This document shows, one piece after another, positions 36,208-44,550 of a stretch of DNA of 64,000 bases. Each line of letters opens with the position of its first letter. The first letter of the stretch is position 1. Source of the stretch: a virus; IMG/VR virus record IMGVR_UViG_3300029243_000160, positions 32,001 through 96,000 of that record; one strand, written 5' to 3'. The position numbers were made by a program, and so were the translations under genes. The notes beneath the pieces are model-generated. The model saw nothing but the letters and a program-made list of their open reading frames with translations. It had not been told where the DNA came from and did no database searches.

Positions 36208-36267
36208 CTACTCACTTTTCCGAAAACAACGCAATTTCGCCATTCTTCAAAAACGCCCTCTTATATC

Positions 36268-37060
36268 TATAGACTTCTATATCATAGCCGGACATTCCAG
36301 TCCTCTCCTATCAGTTTTATTGTCCGGTTGCTATACAGATTCCATAGACTTCTATTTCGCTGTCGAACATATCGCATTCCAATAGACATCGAACATTCGA
36401 CTTCTACTAGAAATCTATGATATAGACTTCTCAAACGAAGCTACGCTTCGTGCTTCGCCTTCCGGCTCAGCGACTGTTTGTCTGTGAGGCAGGTGTCCCT
36501 TCTATCTATGGTTTACAATGTCAAGTGAGGTTGCAGTCTTTGGGACAGGAATAGAAGTCGATGACACAGCACTCCCTCTCTCAAAGAGCAGGGGTCAAGG
36601 GCTACTCCCTTGTCGCTGAAAGCGAAATTGCTTTCTTATCTCACAGACAGCACCATAGACACAACTTTCAGTAAACTTGCACATTGCTGTTAATCTCATA
36701 GACTGCATCATAGACACCCTTAGACTTCGTGACACCGGAGAATGCTGGTTCATAGACTGTACCATAGAATACACGAAATAAATTAAGACAGCAGATAATA
36801 ATAATTACGAATGTCTATGAGTAATTATTATTATCTAAACTAGACTTCTAAATAGCATTCTATATAGACTTCTAACTAGACTATGTATTCTATGATTTAG
36901 ACTTCTATTAGACTTCTAATAGATAACTATATAGCTTTCTATTAGACTTCTATATCTTATTTTCTATATAGATTGCTATATATAAATATCTATATAGATT
37001 TCTATTAGCTTTCTATTATTTCACTTGCTATATAGCATTCTATATAGATTTCTATGAGGA
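36268..37060. repeat. Iteron field (candidate oriV or centromere-like site)
   Basis: More than 20 copies of (A)TAGACTTCTA and variants (TAGATTTCTA, TAGCTTTCTA, TAGCATTCTA, CATAGAC). They are densest at 36838-37056 and flank a GC-richer core at 36430-36650. No long ORF, and gene orientation flips here. Confidence 0.75.
36794..36835. repeat. Perfect 15-bp AT-rich inverted repeat
   Basis: GATAATAATAATTAC, 12 nt, GTAATTATTATTATC. Confidence 0.85.
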
Positions 37061-37309
37061 AAGCTGTTCTTTTTGATATATATCTATGTTATTTCATATC
37101 ATCGTTATGTGATTGTTTATAAATATCACTGCTTGTGTATGTCGTTTCTAAAGCTTCTTAGAGCCGTTCTGAGGGCTTCTGAAAGCTATCTGCTAAATTT
37201 CATCACAAACACTACAGAAAGCATTACAGACCGCCTGTGGACGTTCTGAACGGCTTTTGGATTATCTCGAACTTCCTGCGTTGGAAAAAGATGCTCGTGG
37301 CGTAAATCC

Positions 37310-37335
37310 GTTTTTCCCTTAAACCTTACATATAG
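37310..37335 (+). promoter_or_regulatory. 26-nt transfer-module motif, copy D
   Basis: Plus strand GTTTTTCCCTTAAACCTTACATATAG, upstream of the first plus-strand gene. Confidence 0.55.
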
Positions 37336-37413
37336 CAAGTGAGAACACGTTGAAGCCGTCCGTTGGTAAAGCGAATGGTTCTTGGAGATTTTACAAAGAA
37401 AGGAAGTTGTGAT

Positions 37414-37719
37414 ATGTGTTTGTCCCCTGATATTTATAAATACGGTTATCTCAAACAGGCTGATAAAGACAAGGTAGATATTGTGGAAATCGTGAAGCAG
37501 AGAACAATGGACGATTCCCTTGTGGAAGATTTCCTTGAAGCCAATCCTGCGGTCAGCTCTACGATGGAAAGTGTTTATGCAGAGTGCATCAGAAAGTTCC
37601 TTGCATATCAGCGTGAACGTGCGGAATATTACAAGGTCGATATAATTGTCGATTCCATTGATGGATATTCCGATGAAGAGTACCAAGCTCTCTGCGATAT
37701 GGCAGCAGCTGAAAAATGA
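37414..37719 (+). CDS. Hypothetical protein (about 101 aa)
   Basis: Start placed at the ATG preceded by AAAGGAAG. The track ORF begins at 37363. Confidence 0.5.
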   Translation: MCLSPDIYKYGYLKQADKDKVDIVEIVKQRTMDDSLVEDFLEANPAVSSTMESVYAECIRKFLAYQRERAEYYKVDIIVDSIDGYSDEEYQALCDMAAAEK

Positions 37720-38279
37720 AAGGATTTATCGTGATGAATAATTATAAATTAAACTGTGTCCCGATTCGGCAGGAACTGCTGGAGAAACTGGCGACTTTTG
37801 TAAGAGAAATGCTTCATGACATCAAAGGTTCTACTTCTCATGCGTATATCAATATGACTGCTGACGAGTTCTTATCGGTGTCTGATTCACACCTGAACTG
37901 GGAGAAAAGATGCCTGTCCAGTGAAGAAGACAAAGAACTCAGTGATAAGAGTTTTGATGATTTAGCTCTGATTAAGGACGCTATTATGCAGGAAGCTGAC
38001 TGCATTCCGGTTTTCCAGAATGATGAAGGCGAATGGTTCTACAATGTTCCGATTCCAGTTGTATGGAATGTTCCTGATACAGATAATGCGGTAATTCACG
38101 AACCGGAATACCTGTCTGACATAATGGAAACTATCTCCGAACTAAAAAACCCAGAAGCCAAAGAAACAACAGCACACAAAAAGGAAGGTAAAAACATGAA
38201 AAAGGCAATTATAATTACAACTGGCGTTTTAGCCATTATCGGCACTGTTGGTGCAATCGTTTACAAGAAAAGAAAGTAA
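37716..38279 (+). CDS. C-terminally membrane-anchored protein (187 aa)
   Basis: ATGA overlap with the upstream gene. C-terminal TM helix IIITTGVLAIIGTVGAIVY followed by KKRK. Confidence 0.55.
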   Translation: MKGFIVMNNYKLNCVPIRQELLEKLATFVREMLHDIKGSTSHAYINMTADEFLSVSDSHLNWEKRCLSSEEDKELSDKSFDDLALIKDAIMQEADCIPVFQNDEGEWFYNVPIPVVWNVPDTDNAVIHEPEYLSDIMETISELKNPEAKETTAHKKEGKNMKKAIIITTGVLAIIGTVGAIVYKKRK

Positions 38280-38280
38280 G

Positions 38281-38481
38281 TGCGAACCGGAAGTTCCAGA
38301 AAAATGCTGGGACGTTCGCAGTTCAAACTAAGGCGACTTAACGTCTTTGAGCCGAGATAGTGTGCGTAATCCTCTCTCTGGAGAGTAGCATTCACTCTCG
38401 GCAAGGTAAACTGCAAGACGCAGTTTGAAATCCTGCACATAAAATCCGTGCAGGCATCTTGTAAATATGTGCATCTTTGCT
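38281..38481. ncRNA. Structured ~200-nt region flanking the CRISPR array (candidate leader, tracrRNA-like or other ncRNA)
   Basis: Four successive stems: TGCGAAC/GTTCGCA (38282-38321), GCCGAGA/TCTCGGC (38352-38403), AAACTGC/GCAGTTT (38409-38427) and CCTGCAC/GTGCAGG (38433-38455). Contains GTGTGCGTAATC, resembling the repeat core TGTGCGTATC. No ORF. Confidence 0.35.
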
Positions 38482-38713
38482 GTTGCAACTTGTGCGTATC
38501 TGCGAGATGTAAGTTACCCGACCTGCCCTCGTCGGTGAACTCCCCGAGTTGCAACTTGTGCGTATCTGCGAGATGTAAGTTAAATGACAGCTTTTGTTTT
38601 TTACCGTTGATAAGTTGCAACTTGTGCGTATCTGCGAGATGTAAGGAGAATACAAAAGACACGATACTGCCAGCAACACCGGTTGCAACTTGTGCGTATC
38701 TGCGAGATGTAAG
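38482..38713. CRISPR. Orphan CRISPR mini-array, 4 repeats and 3 spacers
   Basis: Identical 32-nt repeats GTTGCAACTTGTGCGTATCTGCGAGATGTAAG at 38482, 38548, 38614 and 38682. Unique spacers of 34, 34 and 36 nt. The repeat holds the small palindrome ATCT-GCG-AGAT and the terminal palindrome GTTGCAAC. Confidence 0.85.
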
Positions 38714-38769
38714 CTATAAGGAGTTAAAGCCTTTAACAAAACAAAATAACAAGAAAGCAGGAATATAAA

Positions 38770-39141
38770 ATGAATGTTGCTGAAAAGACAATTGCAAAAA
38801 TTGCAAAGGAGCAGAAAAAGCTTGACACTTTGGTTGCCAAGCGTAATGAATACAATGCCAATGTTCAGGCGAAGCTGGACAGCATGAATGAGGACATCAA
38901 AGAGCAGAAAGCGGTTATTGCTGAACTCCGCAAGCAGGAAAAGGCTGAGAAGCTGGAAGCTATCAGCACTATGATGAATGACAAGGGCATTTCTGTAGAC
39001 GACCTGCTCAATGCGGTTGCAAACAACGACTTGTATGCAATTCAGGAATCAATGGAATCTTCCGAAAAGTCTGCAAGCGATTCCGAAAATACCGCTGGTG
39101 ATGACACTGCTGAAACGGTAAGTGCAAGCGATATTTTTTAA
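38770..39141 (+). CDS. Coiled-coil protein with acidic tail (123 aa)
   Basis: Heptad-rich, Lys/Glu-rich sequence. Function unknown. Confidence 0.55.
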   Translation: MNVAEKTIAKIAKEQKKLDTLVAKRNEYNANVQAKLDSMNEDIKEQKAVIAELRKQEKAEKLEAISTMMNDKGISVDDLLNAVANNDLYAIQESMESSEKSASDSENTAGDDTAETVSASDIF

Positions 39142-39170
39142 GAAAAATCACTCAAAAAAAGGATTGATAT

Positions 39171-40967
39171 ATGAAAAAGCCAACTAAGAAAAGAAAAGCT
39201 CTGCTTGCTCTTGTGATTGGCACAGTCCTTGTAAGTGGTTCGGCGTGGTTTGTCCACAGTCAGAGCAGTAGCAATGATATTGAGAAAATCACTTACACAG
39301 AATACATGGATTTAGTGAAAAAGGGCGATGTTGATACCGTGTTCTACAACGAGAACGATGAGTATATGACAGTTGCCCTTTTTTCTGATAAAACCAGAAA
39401 AATGACTGTCGAAGAACGAGAGAAGTACAAATACGATGATAACGATTATCTTCGAGAGGTAATCTATCCGGATAATGATGACTTCAAAGTCGATTTGCTG
39501 AAACAAGGCGTTTTGGTAAGAAAATCAAATAATAAGGCAACAGAATTTTTAGACCGATACGGTGATATTACACTGTTCTTTTTCCTTGCCGTTTTGATGT
39601 TCTGGATAATTTCTAAGAACTCCCCTGCTTCCAGCAAAGACTTCGCCCATATTATCAACGCCAAAGATATTGATGTTTCTTTTGACGATGTGATTGGACA
39701 TGACGAAATCAAGGACGACCTCAAACTGCTGGTAAAGCAACTGAAAAACGGTGCTGATGCCAAAGACTTATCTCATGGTGTTTTGTTTGAAGGCGGTGCT
39801 GGCACAGGTAAAACCATGCTTGCAAAAGCAATTGCTCATGAGGCAGGTGTCAATTTTATTTCTGCAAATTCCAGTGAATTTATCGAAATGTATGTTGGTC
39901 TGGGTGCAAAACGTGTCCGTGACCTGTTCAAGATGGCAAGAAAGCTTGCACCTTGCGTTCTGTTCTTTGATGAGATTGATGCTGTTGGTGCAGAACGTGG
40001 TTCTCAGAGAAGCAATCGTGAGAACGACCAAACTATCAATGCTATGCTGACAGAACTGGACGGCTTCGATGCCAGAGGCGATATTCTGGTGATTGCAGCA
40101 ACCAACCGAGCAGACACTCTTGACCCTGCCCTGCTCCGTTCCGGACGTTTTGACCGTCAAATCAGAATTGATATTCCAAAGAAATGGGAAACCCGAAAAG
40201 AACTCTTCCAGCTGTACCTGAAAGGAAATCCTATGGAAGAATCTTCGATTGATACGCTGGCAAAACAGACAGTCGGCTTTTCTGGGGCTGATATTGCTGC
40301 TGTATGCCGTGAAGCAAAAATGATTGCATTCCGTGAGGACAGCAAAACTATCACGCCTGACTTTTTGGAAGAAGCAATCGACAAAAAAGTCTTCAAAGGG
40401 AATCGTTCTGACGACAAGCAGCATGAAGATGACCTTGCCATTGTTGCCTATCATGAGGCAGGACACGCTGTCATGACACTTCTCTGCGGTAAAGAAGTGT
40501 CCAGAATTTCCATTATGGGTATGACAAGTGGCGTTGGCGGTGCAGTCTTCCAATCTGACAGTGACCGTTTCTTTGAAACAAAACACGAATACGAAAGTCA
40601 TGTGATGATTGCCTATGCAGGCAGAGCTTCTGAACAAATTCACTTTGGTTCTGATAACATCACGCAAGGAGCTTGCAACGATATTTCTCAGGCAACAAAA
40701 ACACTGATTGCTTATGTTGCAAAGTTCGGTTTTGACAGTGAGTATGGTCTGGTTGATATGGAAGCATTCCAGTCAACGTCATACGGTGACGATGTGCGGA
40801 AGCGTGTTTCGGAGCTTTCAAACAAGTTCTATGAAAAAGCACTGCATCTTCTTTCTGAAAATTACAATGCTGTAGAAGTTCTGGCACAGCATCTTTTGGA
40901 AGTAAAAACAATGTCCGGAGACGAAGCAAAGGAATTGATAGACCATGTTACGAAGAATCAAGCATAG
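39171..40967 (+). CDS. FtsH-like membrane AAA+ zinc metalloprotease
   Basis: Two N-terminal TM helices. Walker A GGAGTGKT, Walker B LFFDEIDA, SRH ATNRADTLDPALLRSGRFD, and zinc site HEAGHAV. Confidence 0.85.
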   Translation: MKKPTKKRKALLALVIGTVLVSGSAWFVHSQSSSNDIEKITYTEYMDLVKKGDVDTVFYNENDEYMTVALFSDKTRKMTVEEREKYKYDDNDYLREVIYPDNDDFKVDLLKQGVLVRKSNNKATEFLDRYGDITLFFFLAVLMFWIISKNSPASSKDFAHIINAKDIDVSFDDVIGHDEIKDDLKLLVKQLKNGADAKDLSHGVLFEGGAGTGKTMLAKAIAHEAGVNFISANSSEFIEMYVGLGAKRVRDLFKMARKLAPCVLFFDEIDAVGAERGSQRSNRENDQTINAMLTELDGFDARGDILVIAATNRADTLDPALLRSGRFDRQIRIDIPKKWETRKELFQLYLKGNPMEESSIDTLAKQTVGFSGADIAAVCREAKMIAFREDSKTITPDFLEEAIDKKVFKGNRSDDKQHEDDLAIVAYHEAGHAVMTLLCGKEVSRISIMGMTSGVGGAVFQSDSDRFFETKHEYESHVMIAYAGRASEQIHFGSDNITQGACNDISQATKTLIAYVAKFGFDSEYGLVDMEAFQSTSYGDDVRKRVSELSNKFYEKALHLLSENYNAVEVLAQHLLEVKTMSGDEAKELIDHVTKNQA

Positions 40968-41280
40968 AATTTGCGGTGTGTATGACATCGGCTACAGTTA
41001 CACTTTGGACACTTATGTGCTGGCAGTCAATGTACTTGCTCTTTGGCGGTATACTCGTTATTACTCCATCACAAAGGAAGAATACGATTTGCACAGAACA
41101 GCCAAAGGATTAAAAGAGCTGGACAATATTGCGTGGCAGTGTATCAGTGCAGAAAATCAGCATAAGCGTTTTCTTTGTTCTGATATGATGCCAGAAAATA
41201 CGCCGGAGCAGGAAAGCACTCATGCCAAACTGAGCGAAAGCCTCCAGAGGTATGACGCATCAAAAATCAAATTTATTTGA
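40945..41280 (+). CDS. Hypothetical protein (111 aa)
   Basis: ORF overlaps the FtsH-like stop by 23 nt. AAGGAA lies upstream. Confidence 0.4.
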   Translation: MLRRIKHRICGVYDIGYSYTLDTYVLAVNVLALWRYTRYYSITKEEYDLHRTAKGLKELDNIAWQCISAENQHKRFLCSDMMPENTPEQESTHAKLSESLQRYDASKIKFI

Positions 41281-41287
41281 AAGGAGA

Positions 41288-41857
41288 ATGATTGTGATTA
41301 CACATCTCAACCGTTTGGAATATATTCGTCTTCAAGTGGAAATAAAGCTATTTCCAACAAGAAAGCCAATCCGAGAATTTCACAATTATTTCCGCACTTT
41401 CAAACGACCAGAAGAATCTCTGGAAGATGACAGCTTCTGCTCTCCTTTCTTCGCAAACGGAGCAACGCTCACTCTCGGAGATTATTACGGCGACAGGGCA
41501 AATGCCATGCTTACAATTTTGCGTGAGTTGCAAACCAAAAGCTACATTTCCATGTACCTGTCGTATGACTTTCGATTTGTAAAGCCAAATACAGAGTACG
41601 ACACTGCCGGAGCTTTTCAAGAGATTCGGCAGTTCCTTGAAAATGCACTGTGGGGAACAGACCTGTATCTGTTCTTCATGGTATCGCATTTCAATCAGCT
41701 TATTGGAAAATCAGAAGAAGCCAAACCGGAACATTATCACGTTCTGCTTCGTCCTTGTGAAATGAAGGTTGACTTTTTGTCTGCTGCCAACAAGCTGTCT
41801 GAACATCTAAAGAAAAGCCCAATCATCGACCATATAAATATTGACGTGTCAATTTGA
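41288..41857 (+). CDS. Hypothetical protein (about 190 aa)
   Basis: RBS AAGGAG at 41281-41286. Start is either ATG 41288 or GTG 41294. Confidence 0.5.
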   Translation: MIVITHLNRLEYIRLQVEIKLFPTRKPIREFHNYFRTFKRPEESLEDDSFCSPFFANGATLTLGDYYGDRANAMLTILRELQTKSYISMYLSYDFRFVKPNTEYDTAGAFQEIRQFLENALWGTDLYLFFMVSHFNQLIGKSEEAKPEHYHVLLRPCEMKVDFLSAANKLSEHLKKSPIIDHINIDVSI

Positions 41858-41963
41858 CACAGAAAGGCTGAACACAATGGCTCATGTTGACTTATGCTTA
41901 CTGGAAGACTTCGTACACCCAAAGTTTCAAGAATTTTGGACTGAATAACGGCGGTGATAAGCT

Positions 41964-42500
41964 ATGAACGGTAACTGCCACTTCGTTTATGGTGCTTCCG
42001 TAGCCACTGCCCTGTCCATGAATATGGATAAGCTATCCGCAATCGTTCCCACCCTTGCCGTTTCTCCTGAAAACATCACATTGTTTATCTTTGGTGGCTT
42101 GATAGGCGGTATTTTTCCTGACCTTGACAACCCTACCAGCTATGTCGGAAAGCTATCCTCTCCATTAAGCAAGCTGTTTGGTGTGTTGGGAACAGCATCT
42201 GGTAAAACAGGAGCAAATCACAGAGGCATCTTGCATGACCCTCTTGTCTATCTTGTAGGACTATTTCTCTGCTGCCAGCACTTCACTCCACTCATCGGTT
42301 TTTTTATCGGTTGCTTATCACATCTGTTTTTAGATATGTTTAATCCGGCAGGTGTGCCATTCTTATTCGGTGTGAAGCATTTGCACCTGATGAAAATACC
42401 GTCCGGCAGTCGAGAAAGCGTGATTTTTACTTGGTTGAACGTAGTGCTGGTGCTGGTAGTTGGATTCGTACTCCAACTAAATCTTTTTCCTTTAACATAA
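41964..42500 (+). CDS. YdjM/DUF457-like membrane-bound metal-dependent hydrolase
   Basis: 178 aa polytopic protein with H..Y.., PDLD, HRGILHDP and SHLFLDMFN motifs typical of the family. Confidence 0.65.
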   Translation: MNGNCHFVYGASVATALSMNMDKLSAIVPTLAVSPENITLFIFGGLIGGIFPDLDNPTSYVGKLSSPLSKLFGVLGTASGKTGANHRGILHDPLVYLVGLFLCCQHFTPLIGFFIGCLSHLFLDMFNPAGVPFLFGVKHLHLMKIPSGSRESVIFTWLNVVLVLVVGFVLQLNLFPLT

Positions 42501-42518
42501 TAACGGATATTTAACAGA
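42499..42518 (+). promoter_or_regulatory. ATAACGGATAT-type motif, copy c
   Basis: ATAACGGATATTTAACAGAATAA, 3 nt upstream of the -35 box. Confidence 0.6.
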
Positions 42519-42525
42519 ATAAACA

Positions 42526-42554
42526 TTGACCTATATTGATATAAATGATATAAT
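42526..42554 (+). promoter_or_regulatory. Near-consensus sigma-70 promoter
   Basis: TTGACC (42526-42531), 17 nt, TATAAT (42549-42554). Confidence 0.7.
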
Positions 42555-42560
42555 AAAAAG

Positions 42561-42737
42561 CAGAGAATCCCTTTGTTGCAGGTAGCAACATAATTATGCG
42601 GTAGCACCTTATCTTTTTTCAAGGAAAATCCGTTTTTATGCTTTTACAACCTGCTTGTGATATAGCAGGAAATGAAAAAGGGAATAGAAACGAACGATTT
42701 TACAGGTATGGTGTAGCTCACTGTACCTGTTTTTTTA
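42561..42737 (+). promoter_or_regulatory. Structured 5' leader L1 ending in an intrinsic terminator
   Basis: Contains GTTGC-AGGTA-GCAAC, the conserved ATGCGGTAGCACCTT (42596-42610), CCTGCT...AGCAGG, then ACAGGTA...TACCTGT plus T7 (42702-42737) just before the RBS of the 42761 gene. Confidence 0.5.
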
Positions 42738-42760
42738 TTTGCTGAGAAAGGAATTAAACT

Positions 42761-44461
42761 ATGGCTTGGGACAATAATGCAGAAACATTACTTGGCGAGG
42801 AACTGACCAATATTTTGGATAGCAATGATATTTCGGTCTATTCTGCCGAGCAAACCGAAAACGGTATGTCAATCGGTCTGGAGTTCTATTCAGACTTGGG
42901 CGAAGATGTAATCGTTGACATCGACTGCAAGGATAAGGACGACTTCGTAAAGAAGTTCGGAGAATATGCTCAGGACTTTGATGTAAACGAACACGCTGAA
43001 ATGTGGATTGAGGGACGTGGCACAAATGGTGTGCCGGAAAGTATCGCCGACTTGCTGGAAGATGCTCAATCCATTAAAAACTTTTTGGAACAGGTTTCCG
43101 ATGAACTGGAAGGAAAAGAACACACTCGTGAATCTGCGGAAGTTACCGTTTCCTTTGACAAAGAGGAACTGGATAAAATCGCAGCATTTGCAGAGCTGGA
43201 CGTTGACACGATGAGCGTAGAAGATTTAGCCGAAGCATTGCATAGCATCGTTGCTGAAATGGAAGCTCCGGAGCAGGAACAGACGGTTTCCAAAGAAGAA
43301 GTTATTGCGTGGGGCAAAGAAACGCTTAGTGACTTGACGAACGGAACAAACCAACTTGTAATTACACCGTCTGGATATGACGACTTCATTTCTTCTTCGA
43401 CTATTTTGAATGCTTTTCAGGAGTATTCAGGAAGCAAGCCGAAAGTCATACGACCAGAAAACACGTCTTTTTCAGACTATCTGTACGATGAGGTTCAGGA
43501 TTCCTTGTTTGATAATGTTATGTATCTGGAAGAAGACCTTGCATCACAGATAAAAACACTTGCCGAAGAAAAAGGCGATGCGTTCGTAGAGGCTCTTGAA
43601 AATCTGGACGAAGACTTGCCTTATGAGTTACTGGAACAGTTCGGCTATGAAGGAGCAACTGTAGATATGTCAGAGTTCCTTGACCACGATTATAAGGTAA
43701 ATCTCCTTCTGGCAACGGAACAGGAACTCAATTACGACAATACTTCTATTTCCAGAATGGCACACGGCATCATAGGCGAAGACGGCAAGCTGACATTGAA
43801 GGACTATAATGATTTTCATGATAAGACAGTCACTGCTGCCGACCAGCTTGAAACATATTCTGACAATGCCCTTTCCTACCTTGTACATCAGCAGGGGTAT
43901 ACCGTTGAAGAAATGATGCACACAGTACAGGCAAGAATCGCTGAAAGCAACTACGATACATCAGAATTTATTGAAAGCGTTGTCAATGAACTGGACGGCA
44001 CATATTCTGACTATAATGAACAGCTCACTGCTCTCATAAGCATCAATGGTAACAACCTTGTGGAGATGCTAGACAAGGTTGCAGAGGGCAAGGATAATAT
44101 TGTTCTTGGAACTGATACTGTAATCGGTCTGTATGACCGTATGAACGGTGCAGGTTCGGACTTTGAAATTCAATTGGAAGAAGATATGGTGATTCCGACT
44201 ACAATGGTTCAAATTGTTCAAATGGAATCCTCTGGAAGAAGTGATGTTGTAAGTTCAAAGGATAACATTGGATATTCTGTTGATGATACCTATGGCTTTG
44301 TAGGCACTCAGTGGCAGGATTCCTACAAAGGAATTACAGATAAAGCTCCGACTTTAGTACAAGAAAACATGAAGGAAACATACGAGAAGCTGAACAACTT
44401 CGAGCCTGAGAAAGACGATGTAATCAAAGATGACAAGGAAGACGATTTTGGACTGGATTAA
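42761..44461 (+). CDS. Acidic protein of unknown function (566 aa)
   Basis: Long ORF with RBS GAAAGGAA. Asp/Glu-rich throughout. Confidence 0.65.
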   Translation: MAWDNNAETLLGEELTNILDSNDISVYSAEQTENGMSIGLEFYSDLGEDVIVDIDCKDKDDFVKKFGEYAQDFDVNEHAEMWIEGRGTNGVPESIADLLEDAQSIKNFLEQVSDELEGKEHTRESAEVTVSFDKEELDKIAAFAELDVDTMSVEDLAEALHSIVAEMEAPEQEQTVSKEEVIAWGKETLSDLTNGTNQLVITPSGYDDFISSSTILNAFQEYSGSKPKVIRPENTSFSDYLYDEVQDSLFDNVMYLEEDLASQIKTLAEEKGDAFVEALENLDEDLPYELLEQFGYEGATVDMSEFLDHDYKVNLLLATEQELNYDNTSISRMAHGIIGEDGKLTLKDYNDFHDKTVTAADQLETYSDNALSYLVHQQGYTVEEMMHTVQARIAESNYDTSEFIESVVNELDGTYSDYNEQLTALISINGNNLVEMLDKVAEGKDNIVLGTDTVIGLYDRMNGAGSDFEIQLEEDMVIPTTMVQIVQMESSGRSDVVSSKDNIGYSVDDTYGFVGTQWQDSYKGITDKAPTLVQENMKETYEKLNNFEPEKDDVIKDDKEDDFGLD

Positions 44462-44550
44462 GCAAGCTCAACAGATTCCCTTTGCAAGTTGCCACTGCGT
44501 TTCAAACATGGTACACTCAAAGAACAAAATCGTGTGAAAGGGGAATACAT

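Noticed and set aside
12096-37335. Reading the 26-nt motif as a standard sigma-70, sigma-K/G-like or ECF promoter.
   Set aside because: No conserved -35 lies at 16-18 nt from CATATAG. The CATA-N3-TA and CAT-N2-TA patterns do not fit, and sequence downstream of an AAC '-35' is not conserved between copies.
37186-37686. 166-aa minus-strand ORF crossing motif copy D and the first plus-strand gene.
   Set aside because: It would be the only minus-strand gene right of the origin. It overlaps a conserved intergenic motif and a co-oriented ORF that has a good RBS.
38261-38768. Three track ORFs (38261-38662 -, 38392-38739 -, 38448-38768 +) with internally repetitive peptides (e.g. LHLADTHKLQ repeated).
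   Set aside because: They are translation artefacts of the 32-nt CRISPR repeats. The repetitive peptide has the same period as the repeats.
39768-40667. 299-aa minus-strand ORF.
   Set aside because: It is antisense to the FtsH-like gene, whose motifs are unambiguous.
42596-42610. T-box riboswitch: the reverse complement of ATGCGGTAGCACCTT (AAGGTGCTACCGCAT) resembles the T-box sequence GGGTGGTACCGCG.
   Set aside because: The resemblance exists only on the strand opposite to the leader's transcription direction. No specifier-loop or Stem I features were recognised.
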